A model generated the notes under the pieces. That model was not told the origin of the DNA and made no database searches. It was given only the letters and a program-made list of their open reading frames with translations. A stretch of 64,000 nt of DNA, from assembly GCA_002269645.1 (NCBI GenBank), contig NIVC01000544.1:124001-188000 (forward strand), given 5' to 3'. Position numbers and translations under genes: made by a program. The stretch is from Macrostomum lignano (taxonomy: Eukaryota). Numbering within the stretch: the stretch's first letter is position 1; the number at the start of each line of letters is the position of its first letter. This document shows, piece by piece, positions 38,676-51,399 of this stretch.

Positions 38676-41600
38676 TGTTAACAAGAGATTCTTAAGAACT
38701 GAGAACTCAGCACTTGGCGGCTCGCCTCGCAATTGACAATCGTAGAAGAACAAAATCAAAAGGGTCCGCGCAGTCTACTCTTGAGCTAGGTATATTTATT
38801 CTCAATATAATATATGGCGGGGTTGACACAGGCTTTAGCGGGGGGGGGGTTGTAAGTGTGCATGACTTGCAATGTACGTTATAGCAAATCAATATGGAGG
38901 CGGTGAGAAAAGGTGGCGTGAGGCGCGGAGGGGGGCAGGTAAATTAGCTAGGCAAATGATGAGTAACAGTACAGAAGTACAATGAAACAAGCAAAACCTT
39001 TACTCTTCAATCCATACCTCCCTTCTTGGCATGAGCACATGCCAACAAAACAAAGAGCACCTCGAACAAAGATCTTAAAATTAAAACATTCAATTATTAT
39101 AGTACCGCGTACTTTTCAGGAAAAAAGTTAAATCGCTAGGATGCAATACGCTCGACAAAATGACAAAGTGAAAATAGGATCAAATAATTAGGTTAGTAAA
39201 CGAATCACGGGGATGCGATAAATATTCGAACTGAATTAGCAAACGGGATTGAACCTGAAATGTAGCGTACAGTGCGATGAAATGAGCAAAGGGGATAAAC
39301 GCTGAAAAATGGGAAAGCTAACCGAACAGAGTATGCAAAACCTCTTCGCAACAAACGCCAAACAAGCAAAAAACACAAAAAAACACAAAAAACACAAAAA
39401 AAAGAAAACAAACAAAAAAAGAGACACAAAAAACAAACACAAAAACTCCCAAAAATAGACAGCAGAAGTGAAAAAACACAATGCGATCGAACCAAACTGG
39501 ATTTAATGCGCAGGGAAGCAAAGCTCTCAAAAGCCACAAAAGAAAGTTCGGCCAAAACCTCAACTAGTCAGTTCTAAAGCCTCCCTTCGTGATTAGCGGA
39601 CGCAGCCTCGCAGTTGGCCTCGCGGAGGCCTTGCCAACCAGCTGCACTTTTGCAACTCGCACCCGTCTCTCCGCGGCAGCCAGCAGATGGTCGCGAATCG
39701 AGCTGTCTCGCCTTGCATGCAGATGCGCCGCTTTGAGCTCGAGAACCTGGTCGCCATGGTCGGGTCTAATCGTCTGACCGCCGATCGTTCCTCATTCATG
39801 CTAACGACTGTGCTCCGACCAGTCACCCTTTGTCCATGCCACCAGCTGTCAACCTCCGTCAGCTGCTTCGCTGAAGTTCCTCGAGACAAAGCATTGGCAC
39901 ACCTCCACTGGTCCGGATCTGTGACAGACTTGGTCTCTCTGATGCGGTTCGCAGCAAACGGCTGGTCGACTTTAAAGGTGCACTTGTTCCGATCGCTTCT
40001 TAATTCTACACCAAGCGTCTTTATGGATGGCATCGGTGTCCCTTCCAATGTTACTTCGGCTACTCGATCTTCTAGTGGCACTCTGCTCAACAATTCCATG
40101 CCTGCACGCTCCCAGCGAGTCTTCAACTCTTGAAACAGCTGGATCGCCTCAGCCTCTGACCCGACCGAATCTAAACAATCGTCCATATAGGTGGAGTTGA
40201 GAACAGCGTCTGCAGCTAATGGCAGCTCTTCTTTCAGGCGTTCCGCATGCTCACGAACTACGAACTGAGCAAGAAACGGCGAGCTCGAGTTTCCGAAAAC
40301 GATGCGTTTGGTCTCAAAAATTTCAACAGGCTTGCTAGAGTCCATCTCACGGCATATAAAGCTATGCGTCGGCCTGTCCTCCGGCGCCATTTCGATCTGG
40401 AGGTACATCTCGGAGATGTCACAAGCCACAGCCACTGCATCTCTCCTGAAGTGAAGCAGAACGTCAAACAATTCTCGCTGAAGCTTCGGCCCTGGGAAGA
40501 CCAGAGAGTTTAACGACTTTTCGTTCCCGCCCGCCGAGGCATCGAAGACGATTCGAACCTTTGTCGTCAGCTTGTCGAATCGAATAATCAAAAAATGCGG
40601 CAGAAAACACCTGGCTGTGAACCCCTCTACTGCAACGTGCCGAATGTAGCCTTGTTGCCCATATCGCTCTAGGCATGCTTGGTATTGCTTTGCCACCTCC
40701 AGATCCTTCTTCAACCGAGTCTCCGTGTTACAAAGCTGTATGATCGCCATCTCATAGTTATTCGAGCGAACTTTCGCCTCTGGCTTCCACGGAATTCCCA
40801 TCTGGTATCGGCCGTTTGTTAGCTTTAATGAAGACTTGGCTTGCTCGACTACAGCTTGCTCATCCGCTGTCCAATTTTGATCTTGAGCTGGCCGGATTTC
40901 TTCGACCTCCCAGAACTTGCGCAGCACTGGTGACAGCATCTCCTCGCTGGTGACAGAAAAAGGTGCTGGCCAAGTTTGTCTGATGCTGAATCTGTTCTAC
41001 TGGACCCACACCTGTCCATCCAAGGGGAGTCAAACGTGCCTGTGGCTCCCCAGGGCCACCGCGAACTTCTCGGTAGGACACATGTAACTCCGCATGATCC
41101 ACTCCTATCAACAGGTCTATGAGATGCGGCGCATGGAGCTGAGGAAATGGAATACGCTCCAGATGTTTCCAATCCACTGCTGTCGTCTGCCAATCCGTGG
41201 CCTTCAGCTTCCCGGTGACGCTGTCTGTCGTGAATGCCGTGATCGGACGACTCAGACTTCCATCTACACTTTCGAGCGTCATCGTAACCGGAGCTGTCAA
41301 CAATGTCTCTGTCTGTCCGTTCAAAACGTTCACTTTCACTCGCAGTCACGGCAGTCGCCGCAGGCGCAGCTGTCACGGCAGTCTGATGAGCAGTGATGAA
41401 TTGAGTGACACATTTCACAGTGTCTTGAAACTGCTGCTCCACTTGATCCAGCTCGTCCAGAAGTTTGTCTCGAGCTTCTTCTGTGGCTTCTTGCTGAAGG
41501 AGCTCATCATAGAATTCGTCAAGCAGCTTCACGCACTCTTCGTGTGCTGCAGTGGCTGCATCGCACGCTTGCTGGATCGCTTCATGATCGGTGTCGCTCT

Positions 41601-42133
41601 GTAGCAACAGTACCAGACGGTTTCGACTCCTAGTTGCTGCAGACTTCGTTCTTGCCTTCACTCGTCGAAACTGTTCGATGCGAAGCCGCTCCTCAGTGCT
41701 GATCTCTTTTTCTTCTTCATCTTCTGAGCAGCCAGTCTGCTGCTGATTCGATTCGTGGCTGGCCATTTACCTGAACCACGCTCTGCTACCAAAAATGTTA
41801 ACAAGAGATTCTTAAGAACTGAGAACTCAGCACTTGGCGGCTCGCCTCGCAATTGACAATCGTAGAAGAACAAAATCAAAAGGGTCCGCGCAGTCTACTC
41901 TTGAGCTAGGTATATTTATTCTCAATATAATATATGGCGGGGTTGACACAGGCTTTAGCGGGGGGGGGTTGTAAGTGTGCATGACTTGCAATGTACGTTA
42001 TAGCAAATCAATATGGAGGCGGTGAGAAAAGGTGGCGTGAGGCGCGGAGGGGGACAGGTAAATTAGCTAGGCAAATGATGAGTAACAGTACAGAAGTACA
42101 ATGAAACAAGCAAAACCTTTACTCTTCAACCCA
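38676..42133 (-). mobile_element. Internally deleted BEL/Pao LTR retrotransposon
   Basis: LTRs 38676-39014 and 41796-42133 (TG...CA); TSD TATAG on both sides; PBS TGGTAGCAGAGCGTGGTT (41774-41791, initiator-Met-like); PPT 39015-39029; gag N-terminus, protease-adjacent DLLIG/LGW segment and RT YMDD in broken frames. Confidence 0.93.
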
Positions 42134-43264
42134 TATAGTTTATAACTATACAATGCATAAGGCACACTAGTGGCACACAATTAGGCACCAGTTTTCTAAT
42201 TTTTAGATTATTTTAACAATTGTAAGCCCTAATCATTGTAACATTTGTAGGCCTTAACTTACTTATAAACTTAAAACTTAAGATTCTTATTCTCAAAATC
42301 TTTTGTCTTATTTCGTCTTTTGATGCTATTTATCCGATGCGATGGGCACAGAACCGGTGGTATTTATACCTGTACGTCTGCAATAGGTTTTTCGTACGCC
42401 CAGATTAAAGGTTTGCTGCACGGTTACAATGAACGGCGTGTACTGAAGCATCGTTTAAAGTAGGTGCTATAACTATCAAAGTAAAGAGCCATATTTATGC
42501 CATATAGTTGTCGCACTTCGAAACTCACCAGACAAAAGCTAGTTCTCATCGCTTGAAACTAATTTCTAAGGTTTCTGCATCGTTTTAATCATACATTACA
42601 TATCTCACATCAACAAGGACTAAAGTAATGTGCATCCTGTGAAAAAACTACACTTCGGTGTTTCTGAAGTCGGACTACATAAAATTGAATATTCAGCCTC
42701 CAATAAAATTTGCACGTTTTGCCCGTGTCGCGTCCTTCTACTGAAGTAGTCCGTGCTAGAAACTAAATAAGATTGGTGAGCGAATGACACGTGAGCTCAA
42801 ATTTTGACACCTACATGTAGTAGAAGTAGCATCCACCGGCCTAAAAGATATGGGGTAGCTGCGGCGCCAATCCAGAGACAAGGCCGGGCGCCAATTAAGA
42901 GACAGGGGCGCCAATCAAGAGACAGGGGAGCCCCAAAAAGAGACATTTACATATAAATACTATTGAACTTGTTGACTTGCTAATGAAAAGTACATATCCT
43001 ACAATACAACATACGTGTATATACCGGGGAAATGTCATTCATTTGAACGCCAGCTAGTTATAATAAGCACAAAAAAGGTTGACTCATACTCTAAATTTCC
43101 GACGGAGCTCAGACAGGATCATGCTTTGTTTAAGAGTGCATCTATAGCTGTACTGTAGTTGCAGCAGTGCTCGGTGTATTTACTTTTTAAAACCTTAGTT
43201 CAACACGTAGTCACTAAGAATTGATAAAATATATAGCGAACTCTAAGCTGACGCTGGCCGCACG

Positions 43265-43600
43265 TCACACACCCAGCTCAGCCATTGGAACCATGGGAAC
43301 AGTCCAATCGTTTTTATTGATAACCACACCGTTCTGTCGGTTTCTCCTTGCCTCAGAGCTGCTTTGCCTGCAGCAGCAGCAGGTTAGCAGGTAGGTAGCC
43401 AAAATGTAGAAGCCAAGCAGTCCAAGAATAATTGCAACTGCAATTAATATGTTGACATAAAAACGCTGCTCCGCTTCGGCGCTCTGAGGTGTGTCGATTT
43501 TAATCGGCGGCAGAACACTGACGAAAGTCTTTTCTGAGCCAACCGTCAGGATGGCGGTCAGCAGGATTACGGCTCTTATCTCTGGGATTCTGTTGCTCAT
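43265..43600 (-). CDS. Small single-pass membrane protein A (111 aa)
   Basis: Hydrophobic N-terminus, a second hydrophobic helix followed by CCCC, C-terminus PMVPMAELGV; paralogue at 48016-48342. Confidence 0.7.
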   Translation of the reverse strand: MSNRIPEIRAVILLTAILTVGSEKTFVSVLPPIKIDTPQSAEAEQRFYVNILIAVAIILGLLGFYILATYLLTCCCCRQSSSEARRNRQNGVVINKNDWTVPMVPMAELGV

Positions 43601-43919
43601 TTCAATTTCGCTGGTAATTTGTGCTCTATTGGTGACAATTGGAAGATTTGGCCTCGAGAAATTTCGCAGCTCTATAGCATAATTGATGGTAGATCGCACA
43701 GCCAATCAGCAGGAGGCACCATGAGCACCTGTACTCATTGCCAGCCGAATGGAGATGCTTTATTGCCGTTTGATTAGCAATATCTATCGTTAGGATCTAT
43801 ATCTATATCTATACCTACGTCAATATCTATAAACTCATACTAGTAACCAGCGCCCCCTCCCAATAGGGAGCCAACAAAAAAGTAATAAATTTTTTTGAGT
43901 AAACTATTTCTGCAGCTGC

Positions 43920-44810
43920 ATGCTTACCTCACAGCCTTGACATCTCAGCAACTCTCCCTGTAAGCCTTGACATCTCAGCAATTCCCCCCCCTGTAAGCTT
44001 TGACATCTCAGCAACTCTCCCTGTAAGCCTTGACATCTCAGCAATTCCCCCCCCCCTGTAAGCTTTGACATCTCAGCAACTCTCCCTGTAAGCCTTGACA
44101 TCTCAGCGATTCCCCCCCCCCTGTAAGCTTTGACATCTCAGCAACTCTCCCTGTAAGCCTTGACATCTCAGCAATTCCCCCCCTGTAAGCTTTGACATCT
44201 CAGCAACTCTCCCTGTAAGCCTTGACATCTCAGCAATTCCCCCCCCCCTGTAAGCCTTGACATCTCAGCAACTCTCCCTGTAAGCCTTGACATCTCAGCA
44301 ATTCCCCCCCCTGTAAGCCTTGACATCTCAGCAACTCTCCCTGTAAGCCTTGTTGACATCTCAGCAATTTTCCCTGTAAGCCTTGACATCTCAGCAATTT
44401 TCCCTGTAAGCCTTGACATCTGAGCAATTCCCCCTGTAAGCCTTGACATCTCAGCAATTTTCCCTGTAAGCCTTGACATCTGAGCAATTCCCCCTGTAAG
44501 CCTTGACATCTCAGCAATTCCATCTGTAAGCCTTGACATCTCAGCAATTCCATCTGTAAGCCTTGACATCTCAGCAATTCCATCTGTAAGCCTTGACATC
44601 TCAGCAATTCCATCTGTAAGCCTTGACATCTCAGCAATTTTCCCTGTAAGCCTTGACATCTGAGCAATTCCCCCTGTAAGCCTTGACATCTCAGCAATTT
44701 CCCTCGTCAGAATTGAAATTCCAGCACCTCCCGTAAGCCTTGACATCTCAGCAATTTACCCCCATAAACTTTGACATCTCAGCAATTTCCCCCAGCAGAA
44801 TTGACATCTT
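43920..44810. repeat. ~30-bp minisatellite TGTAAGCCTTGACATCTCAGCAATTCCCCC
   Basis: Tandem copies with a variable C-run; one stray unit near 49725. Confidence 0.95.
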
Positions 44811-45069
44811 AGCAGTAGATTATGTATAAGATAATAGCTTTATAATGCGCATTCTGTGGTCAGAAAGTCTGAGGTCGCATTTAATGGTCTCGAGGCGAGT
44901 TAAGCAAGCCGATGACCATTGTACATATACGCAAGAGTATTATAATGACACGCACCATTTTGTTATTGCTTAACGCTGAAAATACATTTCGACCATAGAC
45001 AATTTATTTTAATATTTTTATTACATAAAAAGTGAACTTTAAAACATAAACAAACAATAAACAAAAAAC

Positions 45070-45488
45070 TCCGCGTGCCTGATTCGTACAAAAACGGAAC
45101 CTGTCTTCTGAATCGTTCAAAAGAGGCTTCGGAAAAAAGCAGCCGTTTTTCACCCATGTAGGTAAAGACCTCTCATACAGAGCAGTCAGTTGACGATGCT
45201 CTCCGTAGATGCGCGCCTGCTTCGTTCTGTCGTCTTTGCACTTGTCTGGGTCACTCGATTGGTTCTTTGTTGGTAGTGGTGGTAGTTCACAGTACTCGAT
45301 CTTGTCTGTCGGAGTCGGTACCAGCAACCAATGCTCCCTGCTGTTTCAAATGTTTAAGGTGTTCTTGTCCTCTATCACGTAGAATATAGAGAATGGCGAA
45401 TACCACCTCGTCCTGTAAGCGTTTCGGCTGTGGTTCTATCAAAGTACGCCTTGACTTTTTCCAGATCTGCTTCCTCGATCGGTAGAAA
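45070..45488 (-). pseudogene. Crypton-type tyrosine recombinase fragment (catalytic-domain part, frameshifted)
   Basis: Manual translation: FLPIEEADLEKVKAYFDRTTAETL / QDEVVFAILYILRDRGQEHLKHLK / TKNQ...LYERSLPTWVKNGCFFPKP...FCTNQARG, resembling DUF3504/Crypton YR. Family call is by recognition only. Confidence 0.65.
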
Positions 45489-45972
45489 CTGCTAAGTTGT
45501 TGACTAAGTGAAATTGGTATTTTGTTGCTGTAAATTTTCTTTCCAGTCTATCGCTTTTTGTAACAGATACTGGAATGGCACTTTTCAGTCGCGTCAAGGC
45601 CTAAATTTTTGTCTATGGCGCACTGCACCAAGGCCTTCAAGTTTGTCTATGATCGACTTGGTGCCTAATTTTAGTAGCATTAAGTAATGACCGATCTTGT
45701 AGGCAGAGTTAAGCAATGACAAAAATTGTCATTGCTTAACTAAGATAAAATGTAGGACTCGCGCACTCGTGCATAGACCATTTAAGCACAAAAAATCGAT
45801 GTATGAGTTGCATTGTATTACGTTGGCTTAATACTTTAGATGGCGCGTTAGATGCACGCTCAGTTAATTTGTCTTAACCATAGACAAAAATGCGTGAAAG
45901 GCACGCAAGTTGATTGAGTGTTGCGAAGAAGGGAATAAGAAGCTGTTAAATTAAAATCACTTGTGAGAGAAT

Positions 45973-46701
45973 ATGGCTGAGCCACCAACTAAAGTCAGAC
46001 TTCTGAATCTGAGCAAATTTCCAAACGAAATGATTTCCGGCTTGTCCACCAATGAGATTGACGACATTCTGAACGAGCCTGATAATCTACCGGAGTCGGC
46101 AATTGATCGAGAAGAGGAGGATCTTCTGGAGGCACTTTTCAAGAAGATACCTGACGAAGAAGCTGAACTACTTGAATTGGAACAGCTCGTTTCCGAAATC
46201 GAGGACACCGCTGCTAGTAAAAGTGTGACAAAGGCTACCGAATATTATGTCGGTAAGTTGCAGAGCTTCATGGAGAACCATCCGTCAGTTCAGCGTGATT
46301 TGGCGACTTCTACACCGCGCGAGATCGACAGTCTATTGCGATACTTCTATGGCTCACTTCGCAAGAGGAATGGCGAATACTTTGCTCCAGCCACGTTGAT
46401 TTGTATCCGAGCTGCGCTCTACCGGCATTTCATGTCGACAAGGCGAATCAATATTCTAACTGACGACGCATTCTATGCTTCCAATACGACACTGAAGTCA
46501 ATGGGCAGAATCTTCATTGCCCGAGGCGGACGCGCCCGACACTTCCAATCGATCGAGCCTGTTGATCTGAAGAGGCTGTCTGACTACTTCGATCGGAAAT
46601 CTCCAGAGGTGCTACTCACTTTCCGTGCATTACACGCACGCGTTAGACGCACGCTTGTTGCCTTTACTCAGATAGAAAATTGCCATAGACACCTACATTA
46701 G
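45973..46701 (+). mobile_element. Crypton-type tyrosine recombinase ORF, N-terminal half only
   Basis: IDSLLRYFYGSLRKRNGEYFAPATLICIRAALYRHF...INILTDDAFYASNTTLKS...HFQSIEPVDLKRL resembles the Crypton/KCTD1/ZMYM/QRICH1 DUF3504-associated region. Similarity ends before the catalytic Arg. Confidence 0.75.
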
Positions 46702-48015
46702 ACGCACAGTAAATCGTGCATCTAACGCGCGCCAGCGTGATACAATGATTATAATTGGCTACTAGCTCGTAGTATGCTATATATACAATGCAATTATATA
46801 GTATGTTACGGAGTTAAATAATGGCCATAACATACTACATAATCTACCACTGAATCATATATAATCTACGTCGATCTTGACGAAATCGATTTGTCGTGCG
46901 ACCAATTATTTATGGATATGGAGCCAGCCTCAAGATGCGACAAGAGTCAATAACGATGACACACCTACGAGACTGCTTGATAATAATACTGACAGCTGAA
47001 GATTTACAACGACATCTGGACGACATATAAAGGCATCTCGTTCCCAGGCTCGACTTATGGCTGAGACTCCTCAGTGATGGCACTATCCCTAGAACTGTTT
47101 TGTCTCTGGTTGCCTCCAGCTCTCAACAGATTGACGTTCGCGTTGAACCTCTTGGATCGACAGGTCCAGGATACCGTACCACCTGCTGAGAAAAAACGTT
47201 CTGTCGACAAGGTGAAGATTGTCGGTGAGAGGGTTATGGTGTTTTTCAAGTGATTGTAGTAAAAAGTTCGATGAAACTTGGTTGAAGCTAATTAATCAAG
47301 CTGTTATTTGCTATTATCTTGATTATTTGCTTTTTTATATGAGCTATTAAATATGTTTGCCTTCCTGAAGACACTTTTGCTGTACGTTTCTTATGGACTA
47401 TTGCATTATATATGCCCACAAGCCCATTATCTATATAATGGTCCTGACAGCAAGCCCATTTTCCAGATAATGGTCCAGTGATACTTGAGTGTGGCCATAG
47501 ACAAGCCCCTTACCGAAAAATCAGCGGACAATTATACGAGCTTTTTTGGCGTAAGTGGAGTTTACTATTGTCAAATTGAGTATTTGACAATTTTCGATTA
47601 ATTCCAATTATAATATTATCGAATCTTTTTCATATTAAATACTGTGCGAATTACCATAGTGACTCGGAAGGCATTATATTAACCACAGGGTGACTCAATC
47701 AAGGCACATTATTTAGTACCGAACATTGATCCAGGCAATCCTTCAAATCAATCGCGATGAGATGTTAGTGCTAGTCAATCAAATAAACGCTTTTAGTACT
47801 GATCACAATGAAAGAAATTATGGACACATTAATACGCTTAAATAGCTCAGAAAGTCATTGCATTGTTAAGACAGAGTTCACTTGTTTAAGCCCACTCCAA
47901 ACAATTTTGCTCATTGTATTTTAAATTTAACTCGAGTCTCAATTTGTTAAAAGAAACATAAAAAGTTTAGTTGGCGCTGCCGCTCGAGCAGAGACTGCAG
48001 TCTGTTTGTTTTTAG

Positions 48016-48342
48016 CTACACGCCCAGCTCAGCCATTGGAACCATAGGGTTGTGCCTGATCTGCTGAGACGCAGGTGCGCTTTGCCTGCTGAAGCAGCAG
48101 CAGCAACAGCAGCAGCGGTGCGACATCCTTGCTACGCAGATCGGCAAAGTGATAGCCATTATGCAGAGCAGCAATCCTCCAAAAACTGATGCGATAACAG
48201 TTAACACGCGTTCAGATTGAGACTGATTAGAATTGCCGATATTTATGGAGTTCCCTAGGGGGAAGCGGGCGACGGTGTCCGTTGGGCCAATTACTGTCAG
48301 GATGGCGGCAAGCAGGATTATCGCCGTGATTCTGCTGCTCAT
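48016..48342 (-). CDS. Small single-pass membrane protein B (108 aa)
   Basis: Same architecture, Cys7 run, identical last 10 residues; 5' nucleotide context CAGCGAAATT(G/A)AAATGAGC is shared. Confidence 0.7.
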   Translation of the reverse strand: MSSRITAIILLAAILTVIGPTDTVARFPLGNSINIGNSNQSQSERVLTVIASVFGGLLLCIMAITLPICVARMSHRCCCCCCCFSRQSAPASQQIRHNPMVPMAELGV

Positions 48343-49136
48343 TTTAATTTCGCTGATAGTTCGTTTCGTTGAAGACAAGCAAATATTTCACCTGGGGAAT
48401 TTTATTGGATTTGAGTTATTTTTAAATGAGCATCAAATCCAGTTGGGACTGCAGCCAATCAGCTGTCTGCACCCAGTCTCACGGCTAAACAAACATATTG
48501 CAATTTAATGATCGAATTAGTCGGAATAAGTTGAGACTAAGTAATCATATACCTGATTGTATCTAACATTGATTTATGATTTATTGACCATTGGATTTGT
48601 TAGGATTTATTTCCACTGACACCTGAACGGTCTGAGCAGGGTGTAACAGCGGCCCTGACTCTCTCGACATCTCTGTCAGGCAGTGTGTAGAACGCAAATC
48701 GCAAAAAATCCCAGTCCAGTTTTCGTACACGAGTTCCCAAGTTCCCATTCGACCAAATGAATGAAATCGAGCTCGGGGTGAACAAACGGTTGCTGAATAT
48801 AGTAGAAAAGATGATTTGCAGCATCCATCAGCGCGTTGAAGCCACTGCCAGCAGAGATTGTCTGCGAAAGGCTGGCAATCGCCAAGGCAAGTTGCTCGAG
48901 AGCCTCAGGTCCCACTGCTACTCGATGCAGTTGAGACGAACCCTTTGTTGACGGTGCAGAAAATGCAGCAGAAGCTGAAGGAACAGTTCCAGTTGGTTAT
49001 CAGATTTCGACTTTGAGCAGAGCTCTGGAAAAGCGACTGAAAACTGTTGGTAGACACGCTGACATTCCAGCGGTACGCAACAACCTGCAGACAGTTGCGA
49101 GAAGGCAAGAATTTGCCGAATGGCTCACGAGCTTTT

Positions 49137-49265
49137 GGACCAAATTGATGCTTGTTGGACCAAATTGATGCTTGTTGGACCAAATTGATGCTTGTTGGAC
49201 CAAATTGATGCTTGTTGGACCAAATTGATGCTTGTTGGACCAAATTGATGCTTGTTGGACCAAAT
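49137..49265. repeat. 20-bp tandem repeat CAAATTGATGCTTGTTGGAC (~6 copies)
   Basis: Direct reading. Confidence 0.95.
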
Positions 49266-50464
49266 TAAATGCCGCTGTGCCAGCCTTGCTACCATAGACA
49301 AAAGCTCCGTTACATTGGCAAAGCTATCTTGGATTAAATTCAATGCGCGTAAGCCCAAGTGGGCTGCAAAAAGCTATACTACACTACTAGCGGCCTCGAG
49401 CGCATTTCTAAGAATTCTACTCTGATTTTTTTGAGTGTGGAATTTACGGTTAACAGCCAGGTGGAGTGACTATTTAGAGTGACTATTTAGAGTGACTATA
49501 GCAATCTAGTGCCCCCTTCAGGGCGCGCGCCCAATAAGCAAAAAAGATAAGAGATGAAAATTATTTTATGAGAATCCTTCAAAATGAAAGTATGCACATA
49601 TTCTTGAAGGCATTCCTTTTTCAGTTTAATAAATCACCATATTGTTCCATAGAGTCCACAGAGTAAAATTGTTCAAAGAATGTAATAAACATTTGTGAAT
49701 AAGCTACATTTAGCTTATGACCTCTCAGCCTTGGCATCTCAGCAATTCCCCTAGTAAGCCAGGTGGAGTGACTATAGTAGAGTGACCTAAGGTACAAGAC
49801 TAGAGTGACCTCGAGAGTATTGCACTAGAGTGAATAAATTCGATGTATAGAAAGTAGACTAAATTAACCAGAGTGAAATTTAAACACAGAAATACAAATT
49901 TTAATATACATGCAGATTGCAGAATAACAAAAGTGTGACTTTTAATTTTGGATTCTTAAGAGGTTTTGAATGCAAGAAGTAAAAAAGATGAAAAAAGAAA
50001 ATTCGAATTGATAACCCTACCACCGTAGCTATACTGGTTGTGATTGAGGAGAAGCTTCATCTCTTGAGTCATTTCTGCAATTTGCTGCAGCTTGAGTTTC
50101 AACTTCAGTTACAGGTAGCGCCTCGCTGAATTGGAACAAGCAAAGGGAGGTGGCAGCGCAATTTGTCTGCTTAGCTAGTTAACCAATGTCGATCGTGTTT
50201 CAAAGCCTCCCCTTTGTGAACTGCTTCGTTAGCAGCTAACATGTCACCTGATTAAGTGTGGCCTCTGGCCCGTCTGCTTTCACATTCAGGAGGCTTCAAT
50301 TCTAATAAGCAACTTTGTTTGGAGAAATGCACGATCCTTTGATTAACAAGGATTTAAGTTGTACGTTTCAATGCGAGATTAAGTTGAAGTTTTGAAGCTA
50401 AGTAGAACCCTCGTTTCCCTGTCAGATAGTTGCGAGCGGAACCTCCAGTAGCTCGTGAAAACTA

Positions 50465-51399
50465 TGGACAGGACACGACAATGCTTTGTCCCACCACCCC
50501 ACCTTGCGACGCGTTGTGGAAATCAAAAATTTTTTTCTTGAGGGCGCCAAAATGAGTGCCTGCGGCGCTAAAATGAGTGCCTGCGGCGCTAAAATGAGTG
50601 CCTGCGGCGCTAGAATGAGTGCCTGTGGCGCTAAAATGAGTGCCTGCGGCGCTAAAATGAGTGCCTGCGGCGCTAAAATGAGTGCCTGCGGCGCTAGAAT
50701 GAGTGCCTGTGGCGCTAAAATGAGTGCCTGCGGCGCTAAAATGAGTGCCTGCGGCGCTAAAATGAGTGCCTGCGGCGCTAAAATGAGTGCCTGCGGCGCT
50801 AGAATGAGTGCCTGTGGCGCTAAAATGAGTGCCTGTGGCGCTAAAATGAGTGCCTGTGGCGCTAAAATGAGTGCCTGTGGCGCTAAAATGAGTGCCTGTG
50901 GCGCTAAAATGAGTGCCTGTGGCGCTAAAATGAGTGCCTGCGGCGCTAAAATGAGTGCCTGCGGCGCTAAAATGAGTGCCTGCGGCGCCAAAATGAGTGC
51001 CTGTGGCGCTAAAATGAGTGCCTGTGGCGCTAAAATGAGTGCCTGTGGCGCTAAAATGAGTGATTGCGGCGCTAAAATGAGTGCCTGTGGCGCTAAAATG
51101 AGTGCCTGCGGCGCTAAAATGAGTGCCTGCGGTGCCAAAATGAGTGCCTGTGGCGCTAAAATGAGTGCCTGTGGCGCTAAAATGAGTGCCTGTGGCGCTA
51201 AAATGAGTGCCCGTGGCGCTAAAATGAGTGCCTGCGGAGCTAAAATGAGTGCCTGTAGCGCTAAAATGAGTGTCTGCGGCGCTAAAATGAGCGCTGACAA
51301 CACCGATTCTCAAATAATGGACATGTACGAATTAAGTCATGTACATGCTGAGTTCTTGGCTTTGTCGCCCCCGCCATAAAATTCATGGCGACGCCTCTG
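50465..51399 (+). mobile_element. MITE-like element carrying a 21-bp array (GCCTGCGGCGCTAAAATGAGT)
   Basis: Unique flanks are homologous to the 52590 copy; ends TGGCGACGCCTCTG. Confidence 0.55.

Noticed and set aside
41774-41791. tRNA-like sequence
   Set aside because: It is only the retroelement primer-binding site; no cloverleaf.
46870-47240. Possible second Crypton-associated gene
   Set aside because: Coding-like but interrupted by several stops, with no recognisable motif.
48600-49130. Short overlapping minus-strand ORFs
   Set aside because: No consistent frame or splice structure; probably decayed transposon sequence that I could not assign.
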